DNA of 64,000 nt from Candidatus Micrarchaeia archaeon (GTDB lineage: Archaea; Micrarchaeota; Micrarchaeia; CABMEP01), in contig JAVZPM010000002.1 of assembly GCA_038881595.1 (NCBI GenBank), positions 74,652 through 138,651 of the forward strand, given 5' to 3'. Below are positions 30,279 to 39,752 of this stretch, piece after piece; positions within the stretch are counted from its first letter, which is position 1; every line of letters begins with the position of its first letter. A model generated the notes under the pieces. That model was not told the DNA's origin, searched no databases, and was given only the letters and a program-made list of their open reading frames with translations. The position numbers were made by a program, and so were the translations under genes.

Positions 30279-30389
30279 GGCCGCAGAGGGGAATCGAACC
30301 CCTGCTTGGAGGTTTCTGCATTTTTGATGAAACTTTCTTTTAGAAAGTTTCTCCACAGCCTCCCGTCCTACCATTAGACGACCGCGGCC
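30279..30389 (-). tRNA. tRNA-His(GTG) with encoded G-1 and 39-nt intron at 37/38 (30314-30352)
   Basis: Acceptor GCCGCGG/CTGCGGC, C73, G at -1 (30389), anticodon arm GGAGG-CTGTGGA-CCTCC; central helix CTGT/GCAG. Confidence 0.93.
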
Positions 30390-30449
30390 ATATTTTATGA
30401 TTTCAATGTCCTTTAAAACTAAATTATATTATTTTTAAAAGATATAAAC

Positions 30450-31544
30450 TTATCTGGTTATCTTTGCATTTTCAATTACCTGTTTTGTTTCTGCAGCTTC
30501 CTTATTTTTCTTGAAATATTCTCTGATCGGTTCAAGTATTTCTATTAAATTTTCTGCAATTGAATTTTTAAGATCCATCGGATGAAGTTTTCCTTGAGAA
30601 TAAATATTTGTTAGTTCCTCAAAAGACTGAATCTCAATCTTCCCTCCAAATTTGGCAGGTCTTTCTATTATCATTTCATTTTTTTCTCTAAAGATGACGT
30701 GTTTTGCAAGATCCATCATTGGATTATTTTCGACTTCCTTTTCTGGACAGAATGCCTTTGAAATCTTTATTCTTATATCTTCTGGTTCATCATAAATGAA
30801 TATTGCTGTATTCGGTTTTGATTTTGACATCTTTACTGCACTTAGTGCTTCCTTTCTTTCAGTTGGATTTTTTGGCAAAGGCCAAATTGGAGGTTTTACA
30901 AGACCTTGCAATAGATGGTGATGGACAGGAACAGGTTTCCAGAATCCTATCTTTTCTCCAACCTCCATTGCAACTACATTTGCCTTTCTCTGGTCCATTC
31001 CTAATTGAGGAATCTGAACACCAAAATGAAATATGTCTGCAACCTGCATTGGAGTGTAAAGAAGAGAAGCAAGTTTCAAACCTTCGCTTTCTTTTCTTCC
31101 AGCTATTTCCAATGTTCTTATTCCTCTTGCAAGTGTCATTTCTTTCGCAACCTTTACAACTATCTCCCAGTAATCAAGGTCATCATAAAGTTGGTCTGGC
31201 CAGATGAATTCTATTTTATCTTCAGGCACTCCTAATGAGACCCATGAATGCTTAAAGTGAAGAGCAGCCTTCTTAATTAATTCTCTGTCTCCACCAAGCT
31301 TGTCATTGATCCAGGCATGCCAAGTTGCAAGATATACCTTGAATTTTATTCCTGCCTGAATGAAATCCTTCATTTTGTAAGAACATATCAAACCAGTTCC
31401 TAGATGAACTTTTCCCGATGGTTCAAATCCATTATATGCTACTGGCCTGTCGTTTGTCTCTAGAAGTTCTCTTAATGCCTGGATAGTTATAATTTCATCT
31501 GTAGGTGATCTTGCAATCAGTTCAATTTTTGTTTCAATATCCAT
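30450..31544 (-). CDS. tyrS: Tyrosine--tRNA ligase
   Basis: AYNGFEPSGKVHLG, YTPMQVADI, GMDQRK, KMSKS. Confidence 0.95.
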   Translation of the reverse strand: MDIETKIELIARSPTDEIITIQALRELLETNDRPVAYNGFEPSGKVHLGTGLICSYKMKDFIQAGIKFKVYLATWHAWINDKLGGDRELIKKAALHFKHSWVSLGVPEDKIEFIWPDQLYDDLDYWEIVVKVAKEMTLARGIRTLEIAGRKESEGLKLASLLYTPMQVADIFHFGVQIPQLGMDQRKANVVAMEVGEKIGFWKPVPVHHHLLQGLVKPPIWPLPKNPTERKEALSAVKMSKSKPNTAIFIYDEPEDIRIKISKAFCPEKEVENNPMMDLAKHVIFREKNEMIIERPAKFGGKIEIQSFEELTNIYSQGKLHPMDLKNSIAENLIEILEPIREYFKKNKEAAETKQVIENAKITR

Positions 31545-31653
31545 AAGCTATTTTTCTAGCTAAGACTTATAAATATTTAACAGCTAAAGAAAGATATAAA
31601 AATTAATTTATACAAATATATCTGAACATTCAAAATTTTTATTAGGTGATTAT

Positions 31654-31767
31654 TTGGGTTCTAGACCAAGAAAATGGAAGAAAAAAGGAAAAATGAGATG
31701 GAAATGGATCAAGAAGAGAAGAAAGAAAATGAGAAGAATGCAAAAGAGAAGAGTAGGAGAACTGTAA
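31654..31767 (+). CDS. rpl41e: Ribosomal protein eL41 (eS32), below ORF-track cutoff
   Basis: TTG start after AGGTGA: MGSRPRKWKKKGKMRWKWIKKRRKKMRRMQKRRVGEL. Confidence 0.85.
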   Translation: MGSRPRKWKKKGKMRWKWIKKRRKKMRRMQKRRVGEL

Positions 31768-31776
31768 GGTGTTTTT

Positions 31777-31887
31777 ATGACAAGAAGCTTCATAAAAAAC
31801 ATGTCTTCATGGTTCAAGTCAACTTTTTGGGATAGGGTTTTCTCTAAAAAAACCAGAATCATATTCCAAAAAGAAAAAAACACCTAA
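31777..31887 (+). CDS. Possible 36-aa small protein
   Basis: GGTG SD overlapping the eL41 stop, then MTRSFIKNMSSWFKSTFWDRVFSKKTRIIFQKEKNT. Confidence 0.3.
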   Translation: MTRSFIKNMSSWFKSTFWDRVFSKKTRIIFQKEKNT

Positions 31888-31987
31888 ACAGTACTATAAA
31901 GGAAAAGAACGCCAACAAATCTCTTCCATGAAAAAGAAAAGATAATTTTTTAGATTTTTATTTTATATTTTTAAATCGGCGTGTCTT

Positions 31988-32794
31988 ATGGTAAAAAGAT
32001 CAATAAAAATAAAAGGTAAATCTGCAAAAAGCAATACTCATTCTAATTCTTCAAAAAAGGAATACAGCCTTTATAAGCTTATAACAAGCAGAAATATCGG
32101 TGCATTGTCTGAAAAGGAACAGGATATTCTTTTTAATGCAAAGATTGCAGTTGTCGGCTGCGGTGGTCTTGGAGGGATTGCTATAGATCTCCTTGCAAGG
32201 GCAGGAGTTGGAAACCTGACCATTGCAGATGGAGATGTATTTGAAATTTCAAATCTAAACAGACAGATCTTTAGTAGCTATTCAGTAATTGGCAAAAAGA
32301 AAGTGGATATAATAAAGAAAAGAGTATTAGATATTTCTCCTTCGACTAAGATTAAAACTTATGACAAATTTGTTGATTCAGAAGAAGCAGCGTTTAATCT
32401 ATTGAAAGGTCATGATGTAGTAGTTGATGGTTTAGATAATGTTCTTTCAAGAATCTATCTTTCAAGAGCAGCAAAGGACTTGCAGATACCTTATGTCTTT
32501 GGTGCAGCAGAAAAGACGAGAGGATATTCAACCATATTCCTTCCAAAAGGTCAGAGCTACGAATCAATATTCATGCTTCCTTCAAATGGTAAGAAAATAG
32601 ATGAAAAATTGAAAGAAAGGTTGCAAAAGGCAGGGGGCTGTTATTCCATACTTGGCATAACTGCAAATATCATAGGTTCAATAGAAGCAATGCAGACCAT
32701 TAATCTTCTCTTAAATAAGCCATATGTGTGCGCTCCAGATTTTATTCATTTTTCTTTATTTGATTCAGTTCCATTTAGAATTTCACCTCTCTAA
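31988..32794 (+). CDS. ThiF/MoeB/E1-like adenylyltransferase
   Basis: VVGCGGLG, DGDVFEISNLNRQ, VDGLDN; Zn-binding CxxC pairs absent, one Cys in GGCYSILG. Confidence 0.92.
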   Translation: MVKRSIKIKGKSAKSNTHSNSSKKEYSLYKLITSRNIGALSEKEQDILFNAKIAVVGCGGLGGIAIDLLARAGVGNLTIADGDVFEISNLNRQIFSSYSVIGKKKVDIIKKRVLDISPSTKIKTYDKFVDSEEAAFNLLKGHDVVVDGLDNVLSRIYLSRAAKDLQIPYVFGAAEKTRGYSTIFLPKGQSYESIFMLPSNGKKIDEKLKERLQKAGGCYSILGITANIIGSIEAMQTINLLLNKPYVCAPDFIHFSLFDSVPFRISPL

Positions 32795-32838
32795 TCAAAA
32801 CAACTTTAACTCAAATAGTTAATTAAATTAGTGATTTT

Positions 32839-33669
32839 ATGAAATTTGGCACAGCTGGAGTTCCAATCTCATGTGAAAAAAGAGATTCAATTTCTGGAAT
32901 AGAATGTGTTTATAACTTAGGTTTAGATGCATTTGAGTTAGAATTCGTGCATGGATGTAGAATGAATGAAGGAAGTGCCAAGGAAGTAGGACAGATTGCT
33001 AAAAAATATAACATAGTTCTAAGCGCTCATGCTTCTTATTACTTGAATCTACTTTCTGAAGAAAAGCTGAAATATAAGAAAACAGTAGATGAAATAATTA
33101 AGACAGCAAAGATACTTCATATCGCAGGAGGAGACAGGCTAGTGTTTCATCCTGGTTTTTTCTTAAAGATGGGTCATGATAAGGCATATGAGCGAATGAA
33201 AGGAGAATTTAAGTCTCTTGCAAAGCAGATAAAAGAAAATAATTTTCATGTTCATCTTGCTCCAGAGACAACTGGAAAACCAACTGCATTCGGTTCATTT
33301 GAAGATCTTTTTTCTCTTGCAGAAGAAATTGGATATGATTTAATAAGGCCAACGATTGATTGGGCACACATGCATGCAAGAGAAAATGGAAGGTTTAGAA
33401 CAAAAGAAGATTATGTTAAGGTATTAGAGTTTGTAGAGAAAAAAGTAGGAAAAGAAGGATTAAAGACACTTCATTGTCACATGTCATCAATCAACTTCAC
33501 TTCTAAAGGAGAGAGGAATCATCTTACAATGGATAATGACATTCCTCCAGTCAAACCTCTTTTTGAAGCATTACATGAATTCAAATGCGACGGTGTGATA
33601 ATATCTGAATCACCAAACATTGAAAAAGATGCAATATATATGAAGAGATTATTCAATTCTATAAAGTAG
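32839..33669 (+). CDS. nfo: Endonuclease IV-family AP endonuclease
   Basis: SAHASYYLNL, VFHPG, PETTGK, IDWAHMHAR, GERNH, ISESP. Confidence 0.9.
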   Translation: MKFGTAGVPISCEKRDSISGIECVYNLGLDAFELEFVHGCRMNEGSAKEVGQIAKKYNIVLSAHASYYLNLLSEEKLKYKKTVDEIIKTAKILHIAGGDRLVFHPGFFLKMGHDKAYERMKGEFKSLAKQIKENNFHVHLAPETTGKPTAFGSFEDLFSLAEEIGYDLIRPTIDWAHMHARENGRFRTKEDYVKVLEFVEKKVGKEGLKTLHCHMSSINFTSKGERNHLTMDNDIPPVKPLFEALHEFKCDGVIISESPNIEKDAIYMKRLFNSIK

Positions 33670-33744
33670 ATACATTCTATAAATATTATTTGCGTCACAA
33701 TTGATTGGACATCACTTTTTTAAATTATATCACTAAATCATTTT

Positions 33745-34959
33745 ATGGCAAAGAGAATCAAACCTTCTGGCAAATCTAAATCAGTAGGTCCAAAGAGGCC
33801 TAGATCTTTAATTTCAAAACGCATTCCTGAGAGCAGGAGTGAAAGAAAAGATCTTGTTTTCATGGATTATGCATCATCTACACCAATACGCGAAGAAGTT
33901 TTAGAGGCAATGCAACCATATTTTAAATATAAGTTCGGAAATCCATCATCCCTTCATTCTTATGGCCGTGATGCAAAGTTGGCAATAGAACAATCAAAGG
34001 AAATAATTGCAAAGACAATTAATGCATCACCAGATGAAATTGTTTTCACCTCAGGTTCAACAGAATCTTCAGTTCTTGCAATAAGAGGAGTAGCCAAAGC
34101 AAAGATCGCATATGGTAGTCATATATTATCTTCAGCAATAGAACACGATCCAGTTTTTTCAACATGTAAATCACTAGTTACAGAAGGTTATACCCTTTCA
34201 AGTCTTCTTGTAGATGTTGATGGAATGATAAGTATAGCGGATTTAAGATCAAAGATAACTCCAAAGACAATACTTGTGTCTATACAGCATTCAAACGGAG
34301 AGATAGGAACAATTCAGCAGATAGAGGACGTAGGAAGAATAACTAAAGAAAAAAACGTGACTTTACATACCGATGCAACATTTTCTTATGGCTGGGTTCC
34401 ATTAGATGTAAAAAAGATGAATGTAGATCTAATGAGTTTCGATGCACACCACTCTTATGGTCCTAAGGGAATAGGTGCACTCTATGTAAAGAACGGAACT
34501 CCTATAAAGCCGATATTTCCAAATAGAGAGAACATTCTCCGCCCAGGTACACTAAGTGTTGCATCTATAGTAGGTTTTGCCGTTGCAGCAGAGTTAGCAC
34601 ATAAGGAAATGAGTAAGACTCAAAAGAATCTAATTAAGCTTCAAAAGATGTTCATTGATTATGTAGAAGAAAACATAAAATTCGTGAAACTTAATGGTCA
34701 TCTTACAAAAAGATTGCCAAATAATGTCAACTTTAGTTTCAGTGGGATAACCGGTACGGAACTTGTTAAGCAACTCGAGGAGAAAGGATTTATTACCTCA
34801 ACTTGCATAGATTGCAGAGTTCTTGAGGCGATAGGTGTCAAGGGAGAGAAATTTACTGGATCTGTAAGATTTACATTTGGAAAAGACACAACTCCTGAAG
34901 AAGTAAAAAGTTTGTCTATAACATTGAAGTCACTAGTGGAAACAGCGAGACAGGGCTAA
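33745..34959 (+). CDS. IscS/NifS-like protein lacking the PLP Schiff-base Lys
   Basis: DYASSTP, GNPSSLH, FTSGSTES, NGEIGTIQ present; AHK motif reads AHH; GSAC loop replaced by TCIDC. Confidence 0.85.
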   Translation: MAKRIKPSGKSKSVGPKRPRSLISKRIPESRSERKDLVFMDYASSTPIREEVLEAMQPYFKYKFGNPSSLHSYGRDAKLAIEQSKEIIAKTINASPDEIVFTSGSTESSVLAIRGVAKAKIAYGSHILSSAIEHDPVFSTCKSLVTEGYTLSSLLVDVDGMISIADLRSKITPKTILVSIQHSNGEIGTIQQIEDVGRITKEKNVTLHTDATFSYGWVPLDVKKMNVDLMSFDAHHSYGPKGIGALYVKNGTPIKPIFPNRENILRPGTLSVASIVGFAVAAELAHKEMSKTQKNLIKLQKMFIDYVEENIKFVKLNGHLTKRLPNNVNFSFSGITGTELVKQLEEKGFITSTCIDCRVLEAIGVKGEKFTGSVRFTFGKDTTPEEVKSLSITLKSLVETARQG

Positions 34960-35010
34960 CGTATTTAATTTTTTATCTATTTTTAATTTAATTTGATAAT
35001 TTGTGATTTA

Positions 35011-37116
35011 ATGGTTGGAATAAAAGAAGTTCAAAAAAGAGACGGTTCAATAGTGAAATTTGATCAATCTAAAATCACAAATGCAGTTTACAAAGCAACT
35101 GAGGCTGCTAAAACGCCAGATATGAAATTTGCACAAAAGATTTCAGATAGAGTGGTTAAAAAACTATCTGCTATTTTTAAAAATAAAATACCTTCAGTTG
35201 AAGAGATACAAGATATCGTTGTAGAGGAACTTTTAAAGGAGAATAAAAAAATTGCAAAACTTTACATCAATTACAGGAGGGAGAGAGCAGAGATAAGAGA
35301 AAAGAAAAAAGTTCTTTTTGGCGTTTATGATGATCTTAAATTAGATCTAAATGCAACTAAGGTATTAGCTTCAAGATATCTACAGAAGGATGTTAGCGGA
35401 AAAATTATAGAGACTCCAAAGCAAATGTTTAAACGAGTCGCAAAGAAAATTGCAGAATCAGATCGTATTTATGGAGAAGATGTGAAAAAATCAGAAAAAA
35501 TTTTCTATGAAATGATGAGTAATCTTGAATTCCTACCAAATTCACCAACTTTAATGAATGCAGGAACGAGATTAGGACAGCTTTCTGCGTGTTTTGTTCT
35601 TCCAATAGATGATTCTTTAGAAAGTATTTTTGAGACATTGAAGTATGCAGCCCTTATACATCAAAGTGGAGGAGGGACTGGTTTTTCATTTTCAAAAATT
35701 AGGCCAAAAGGTGACTTAGTACGTTCTACAATGTCAATTGCATCAGGTCCTGTTTCATTCATGAAGATATATGATGCGATGACAGAAACGATAAAACAAG
35801 GGGGAAGAAGACGCGGTGCAAACATGGGTGTTCTTAGATGTGATCATCCAGATATAATTGAATTTATTAATTCCAAAAAACAAGGTGGACTGAAAAACTT
35901 TAACATTTCAGTAGCAGCAACAGATAATTTCATGAAAGCAGTTCAAAAAGATGACGATTATGAATTAATAAATCCAAGAACTGGGGAAGTAACTAAAACA
36001 ATCTCTGCAAGGGAAGTTTTTAATCTTGTAGCTGAGCAAGCTTGGGAAATAGGTGACCCGGGTCTTATATTTATAGATAGAATTAATAAATTACATCCAT
36101 TAAGAAAAATTGGAGAAATAGAGGCTACAAATCCTTGTGGTGAGCAGCCTTTATTACCATATGAATCTTGTAATTTAGGAAGCATAAATCTTACTAAATT
36201 CATACTTTCAGATGGAAGTGATTTTGATTGGGATAGATTAGAAATTGCAGTTCAAAACGCAGTGCATTTTTTAGACAATGTTATTGATGCAAATTCAATT
36301 CCTATTCGTGAAATAGACCAAGTTACAAAAGCAAATAGAAAGATAGGATTAGGTATAATGGGATGGGCAGATTCTCTCATTCTTCTTGGAATTAGATACG
36401 ATAGTAAAGAAGCGATTTTAATGGCTGAAAAGCTAATGAGATTTATAAGACAGATATCATATAATACTTCTATAGATCTTGCAAATGAAAGAGGAAGCTA
36501 TCCTAATTTTAAGTTTTCGATTTATCCATCAAAATATAAGCGATTAAGAAACGCAACATTAAATACTATTGCACCAACAGGTTCACTTTCAATAATTGCA
36601 GGTGTATCTTCTGGAATCGAACCTTTATTTGCAGTTGCTTATTATAGACAAGTTCTAGAAAATATGAAGCTAATAGAAATAAACAGAATCTTTCATTCTA
36701 TGTCTATTGAAAGAGGTTTCTATAGCAGATCATTAATGGAAAAGATCTCACATGGTTTATCAATACAGAAAATGAGTGAAATTCCAAGGGATGTAAGAGA
36801 TTTGTTTGTTACTGCTTATGATATTGAACCTATATGGCATTTAAAAATGCAAGCAGCTTTCCAAAAATATGTTGATAATGCAGTTTCAAAAACAATAAAT
36901 TTACCTTATGAAGCGACCGTTGAAGAGGTACAGGATATTTATATGAAAGCTTATGAATTAGGAATAAAGGGAATAACAATCTATAGATATGGAAGTAAAA
37001 CAGAACAAGTTATATATTTAGGTCTTCCAAAAGAAGCTAGTGAAGAGCAGAAAAGAAAGATTACTGTTTCTTCTGAATTTGCAGGTCACTGTTCTTCAGG
37101 TATTTGTCAAATTTAA
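35011..37116 (+). CDS. nrdJ: Class II (adenosylcobalamin-dependent) ribonucleotide reductase with ATP cone
   Basis: VQKRDG ATP cone, PNSPTLMNAG, LSACFV, TNPCGEQPL, IAPTG, C-terminal CSSGIC. Confidence 0.95.
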   Translation: MVGIKEVQKRDGSIVKFDQSKITNAVYKATEAAKTPDMKFAQKISDRVVKKLSAIFKNKIPSVEEIQDIVVEELLKENKKIAKLYINYRRERAEIREKKKVLFGVYDDLKLDLNATKVLASRYLQKDVSGKIIETPKQMFKRVAKKIAESDRIYGEDVKKSEKIFYEMMSNLEFLPNSPTLMNAGTRLGQLSACFVLPIDDSLESIFETLKYAALIHQSGGGTGFSFSKIRPKGDLVRSTMSIASGPVSFMKIYDAMTETIKQGGRRRGANMGVLRCDHPDIIEFINSKKQGGLKNFNISVAATDNFMKAVQKDDDYELINPRTGEVTKTISAREVFNLVAEQAWEIGDPGLIFIDRINKLHPLRKIGEIEATNPCGEQPLLPYESCNLGSINLTKFILSDGSDFDWDRLEIAVQNAVHFLDNVIDANSIPIREIDQVTKANRKIGLGIMGWADSLILLGIRYDSKEAILMAEKLMRFIRQISYNTSIDLANERGSYPNFKFSIYPSKYKRLRNATLNTIAPTGSLSIIAGVSSGIEPLFAVAYYRQVLENMKLIEINRIFHSMSIERGFYSRSLMEKISHGLSIQKMSEIPRDVRDLFVTAYDIEPIWHLKMQAAFQKYVDNAVSKTINLPYEATVEEVQDIYMKAYELGIKGITIYRYGSKTEQVIYLGLPKEASEEQKRKITVSSEFAGHCSSGICQI

Positions 37117-37163
37117 TTTTGAATTAAACATTATCCTGAAAACTTTTTTGTTTCTTTGTGCGT

Positions 37164-37781
37164 TCATTCGCTTTCTTCATCTTTATCTCCTTTTCTTTTC
37201 TGATATCTGCCTCTCTTCTCTATTTCATCCATTTGTCTTACTACTTTTTTCCATTCTTTAAATGTTTTGTACCCTTCTAAAAAATGTTTGAAATTTTTTC
37301 CTATCGATCTTTTCATTAATAAAACATCTATTGCTCTCTCTTCTGGATCATTTGAAAATTCTGCTAAACCAAAATCTATAATATATGGTTCGTTTTTTAC
37401 AAACATTACATTCGCTGGGGTGAAGTCACCATGTGTTATTCCTATTGAATGAAGTTTAGATAGTATCTTTCCGACTTCTTTGTAATCCTTAGTAGAATTT
37501 TTTCTATCTTTCATTAATTTTCCTTCAAGCCTTTCAAGAATCAACTCGTATCTGCCGGCATGATATATTTTTGGAACATTTATACTACTTTTTAATGCAT
37601 GAAGTATACATCTTGCTTCTGTTTTGTTCCTCATTTTTCTAAGTATTTCATCTAATTCGCTTATTCTGTATTCTTTTTTGTCTCTAACTTTTACAACAAC
37701 AGGAAGACCGAATAATTCAGAGAAATAGACTTTTGCTTCTGCACCTCTGCTTTTGTAATTCTTTTGTTTACTTTGGCTCAC
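37164..37781 (-). CDS. bud32: KEOPS kinase Bud32
   Basis: RGAEA, HGDFTPAN, IDFGL, IEKRGRY. Confidence 0.93.
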   Translation of the reverse strand: MSQSKQKNYKSRGAEAKVYFSELFGLPVVVKVRDKKEYRISELDEILRKMRNKTEARCILHALKSSINVPKIYHAGRYELILERLEGKLMKDRKNSTKDYKEVGKILSKLHSIGITHGDFTPANVMFVKNEPYIIDFGLAEFSNDPEERAIDVLLMKRSIGKNFKHFLEGYKTFKEWKKVVRQMDEIEKRGRYQKRKGDKDEESE

Positions 37782-38464
37782 TCTTCTCCCTTCTTTTCTT
37801 TCAGAACAGTCGGTCCTCTCTTTAAAAATTCACCCAAGCTCTTTGCTCCGCTTTTTGTTATGATGTAAGAACCTGTGAATACTATTGCTGCGACAAATGG
37901 ATTTAATCCGAGTGCCAATGCGCCTATGCTTCCTCCGCCTATCAAGGGTAAAGAGGGTGAAGTGAGCAACTCGGCTATTTTTTCACTTAGCGTAGGTGGC
38001 GTTTTAGTGAATGGATTTATTTCTATTAATGTCTTTCCATTCTTCATAATCCTTACAGCACCATCTTCTTCACTTGAGATTATAGAAATAGTTCCTGGCA
38101 CTTCAGATATTCCAAGTGCAGCGCTATGTCTTGTGCCATGTCCTTTGTAATGTTTCGTTTTTTTAATTTGGGCTCCATATGCAATAAGATATCCTTCTTC
38201 GTCAATTATTATTGCACCATCAAGTTCAGCAAGCTTCTTTATTACTGGAAGTATTTTTTTATTGTTTATTTTAACCTTAGTCTTTTCAAGTATATCTGTA
38301 TATAACCATGAATAATATGGTTTAAGATTTCTATTAGTAATTATGAAGAACGAACCTTTTTTTTCCTGTCCAAATTCCATTGCTAGATCAATAACTAACT
38401 TAACAACGTTCTTCTCTAAATCTATGTCATTAATTATCTTTTCTTTAGTTTTTTTATCTACCAT
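37778..38464 (-). CDS. Diadenylate cyclase (DisA_N/DAC) domain protein with C-terminal hydrophobic segment
   Basis: LAELDGAIII, GTRHSAA, SSEEDG. Confidence 0.85.
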   Translation of the reverse strand: MVDKKTKEKIINDIDLEKNVVKLVIDLAMEFGQEKKGSFFIITNRNLKPYYSWLYTDILEKTKVKINNKKILPVIKKLAELDGAIIIDEEGYLIAYGAQIKKTKHYKGHGTRHSAALGISEVPGTISIISSEEDGAVRIMKNGKTLIEINPFTKTPPTLSEKIAELLTSPSLPLIGGGSIGALALGLNPFVAAIVFTGSYIITKSGAKSLGEFLKRGPTVLKEKKGEE

Positions 38465-38572
38465 TATTTCCCTCTAAAGCAATCTAATATCTATCGTATC
38501 AAATTGGTCGTATATTATTAATTAGTAGACAAACGTATATAAACTTTAATACTATTTTTTAAAATTTGCAAG

Positions 38573-39571
38573 CTATTTCCATTTTACTAAAAATTCATCA
38601 GTTCTGAACTTAGGTTTTGGAATGATTTTGTTTGGAGATAAAAGGTATTTTCTTTGATTATTCTCATCTAATTTCGATATTAGATAACCGACATATGCAA
38701 TCATTCCACCATTATCTGCATTGAATTCATTTGGTGCTACTCCGAATTTACAGTTCCATTCTTTTGCCATTTCTGAAAGCATTTTTTGCAATCTTTTATT
38801 TTGCGCAACCCCTCCACAGATCGTTATTTCTTTTTTTCCAGTTAACGCTAGTGCTCTTTCTGTTATTTCACACAATGCTGCATACGATGTTTCTTGTAAT
38901 GAGTAGCATATATCTTCTATTTTCTCTTTTCCTATTAGTTTTTCTGAATGTGTCAATATCCCGCTGAATGAAGCATCCATTCCTTTTACAGAATATGGCA
39001 TTGGTATATACTTCTTTCCATTCAGGGCTTTTTCTTCCACATCTTTTGCATTTTTTAACCCTGCAGATCTTGCAAATGTATCTAACATATTTCCAATTCC
39101 AATATCAAGTGTTTCTCCAAGAATATGATATTTATTTTCCTTCTTAATAAGTATCTGTGTATTTCCACCACTTACGTAAAGAACAAGAGGATCTTTAAAT
39201 CCAGTGAAATATTTAGAGATCTCTATATGTGCAACACAGTGGTTAACACCTACAACAGGTTTATTGAATGAAATTGTAAACGTTCTTGCTGCTATAGATG
39301 AGATTCTTAGACAAGGCCCTATTCCTGGTCCCTGAGAGAATGATATTAAATCAACATCTTGTAATTTAATTCCAGCTTTTTTAAGAGCCGTTTCCATCAC
39401 TTGTTGGAATGCATCTGCATGGTGATCTGCTGTCTTTCTTGGATGGATTCCATACTCAAAAAGCATACTTTTTTCGTTTGCAATTATTCTTCCATTTTTC
39501 ACTATACCTACTCCTAGTGTATGTGCAGTACTTTCAATTCCTAGTACTACTTTTATTCTATTCAGCTTCAT
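38573..39571 (-). CDS. kae1: tRNA threonylcarbamoyltransferase Kae1
   Basis: LGIESTAHT, VNHCVAHIE, YVSGGNTQ, DNGGMIA. Confidence 0.96.
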   Translation of the reverse strand: MKLNRIKVVLGIESTAHTLGVGIVKNGRIIANEKSMLFEYGIHPRKTADHHADAFQQVMETALKKAGIKLQDVDLISFSQGPGIGPCLRISSIAARTFTISFNKPVVGVNHCVAHIEISKYFTGFKDPLVLYVSGGNTQILIKKENKYHILGETLDIGIGNMLDTFARSAGLKNAKDVEEKALNGKKYIPMPYSVKGMDASFSGILTHSEKLIGKEKIEDICYSLQETSYAALCEITERALALTGKKEITICGGVAQNKRLQKMLSEMAKEWNCKFGVAPNEFNADNGGMIAYVGYLISKLDENNQRKYLLSPNKIIPKPKFRTDEFLVKWK

Positions 39572-39630
39572 ACCTACCTATTCATCTTTAATCCGAGCAA
39601 TTTAAATTGTTTTCTGGTTTATTTATATTA

Positions 39631-39697
39631 GATGATGACAATGGATGAATCTGAGTTCTAGTTTGCTAGGACAGTGACGAATGATTGGCGGTCTGAT
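39631..39697 (+). ncRNA. Box C/D guide sRNA
   Basis: C ATGATGA 39632, 12-nt guide, D' CTGA 39651, hairpin GTTCTAG-TTTG-CTAGGAC, C' GTGACGA 39674, 12-nt guide, D CTGA 39693. Confidence 0.88.
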
Positions 39698-39752
39698 AAA
39701 ATGAATCATTAAATTATTATATCTTTAAATTTCTTTTTGTCAATATAACTTC

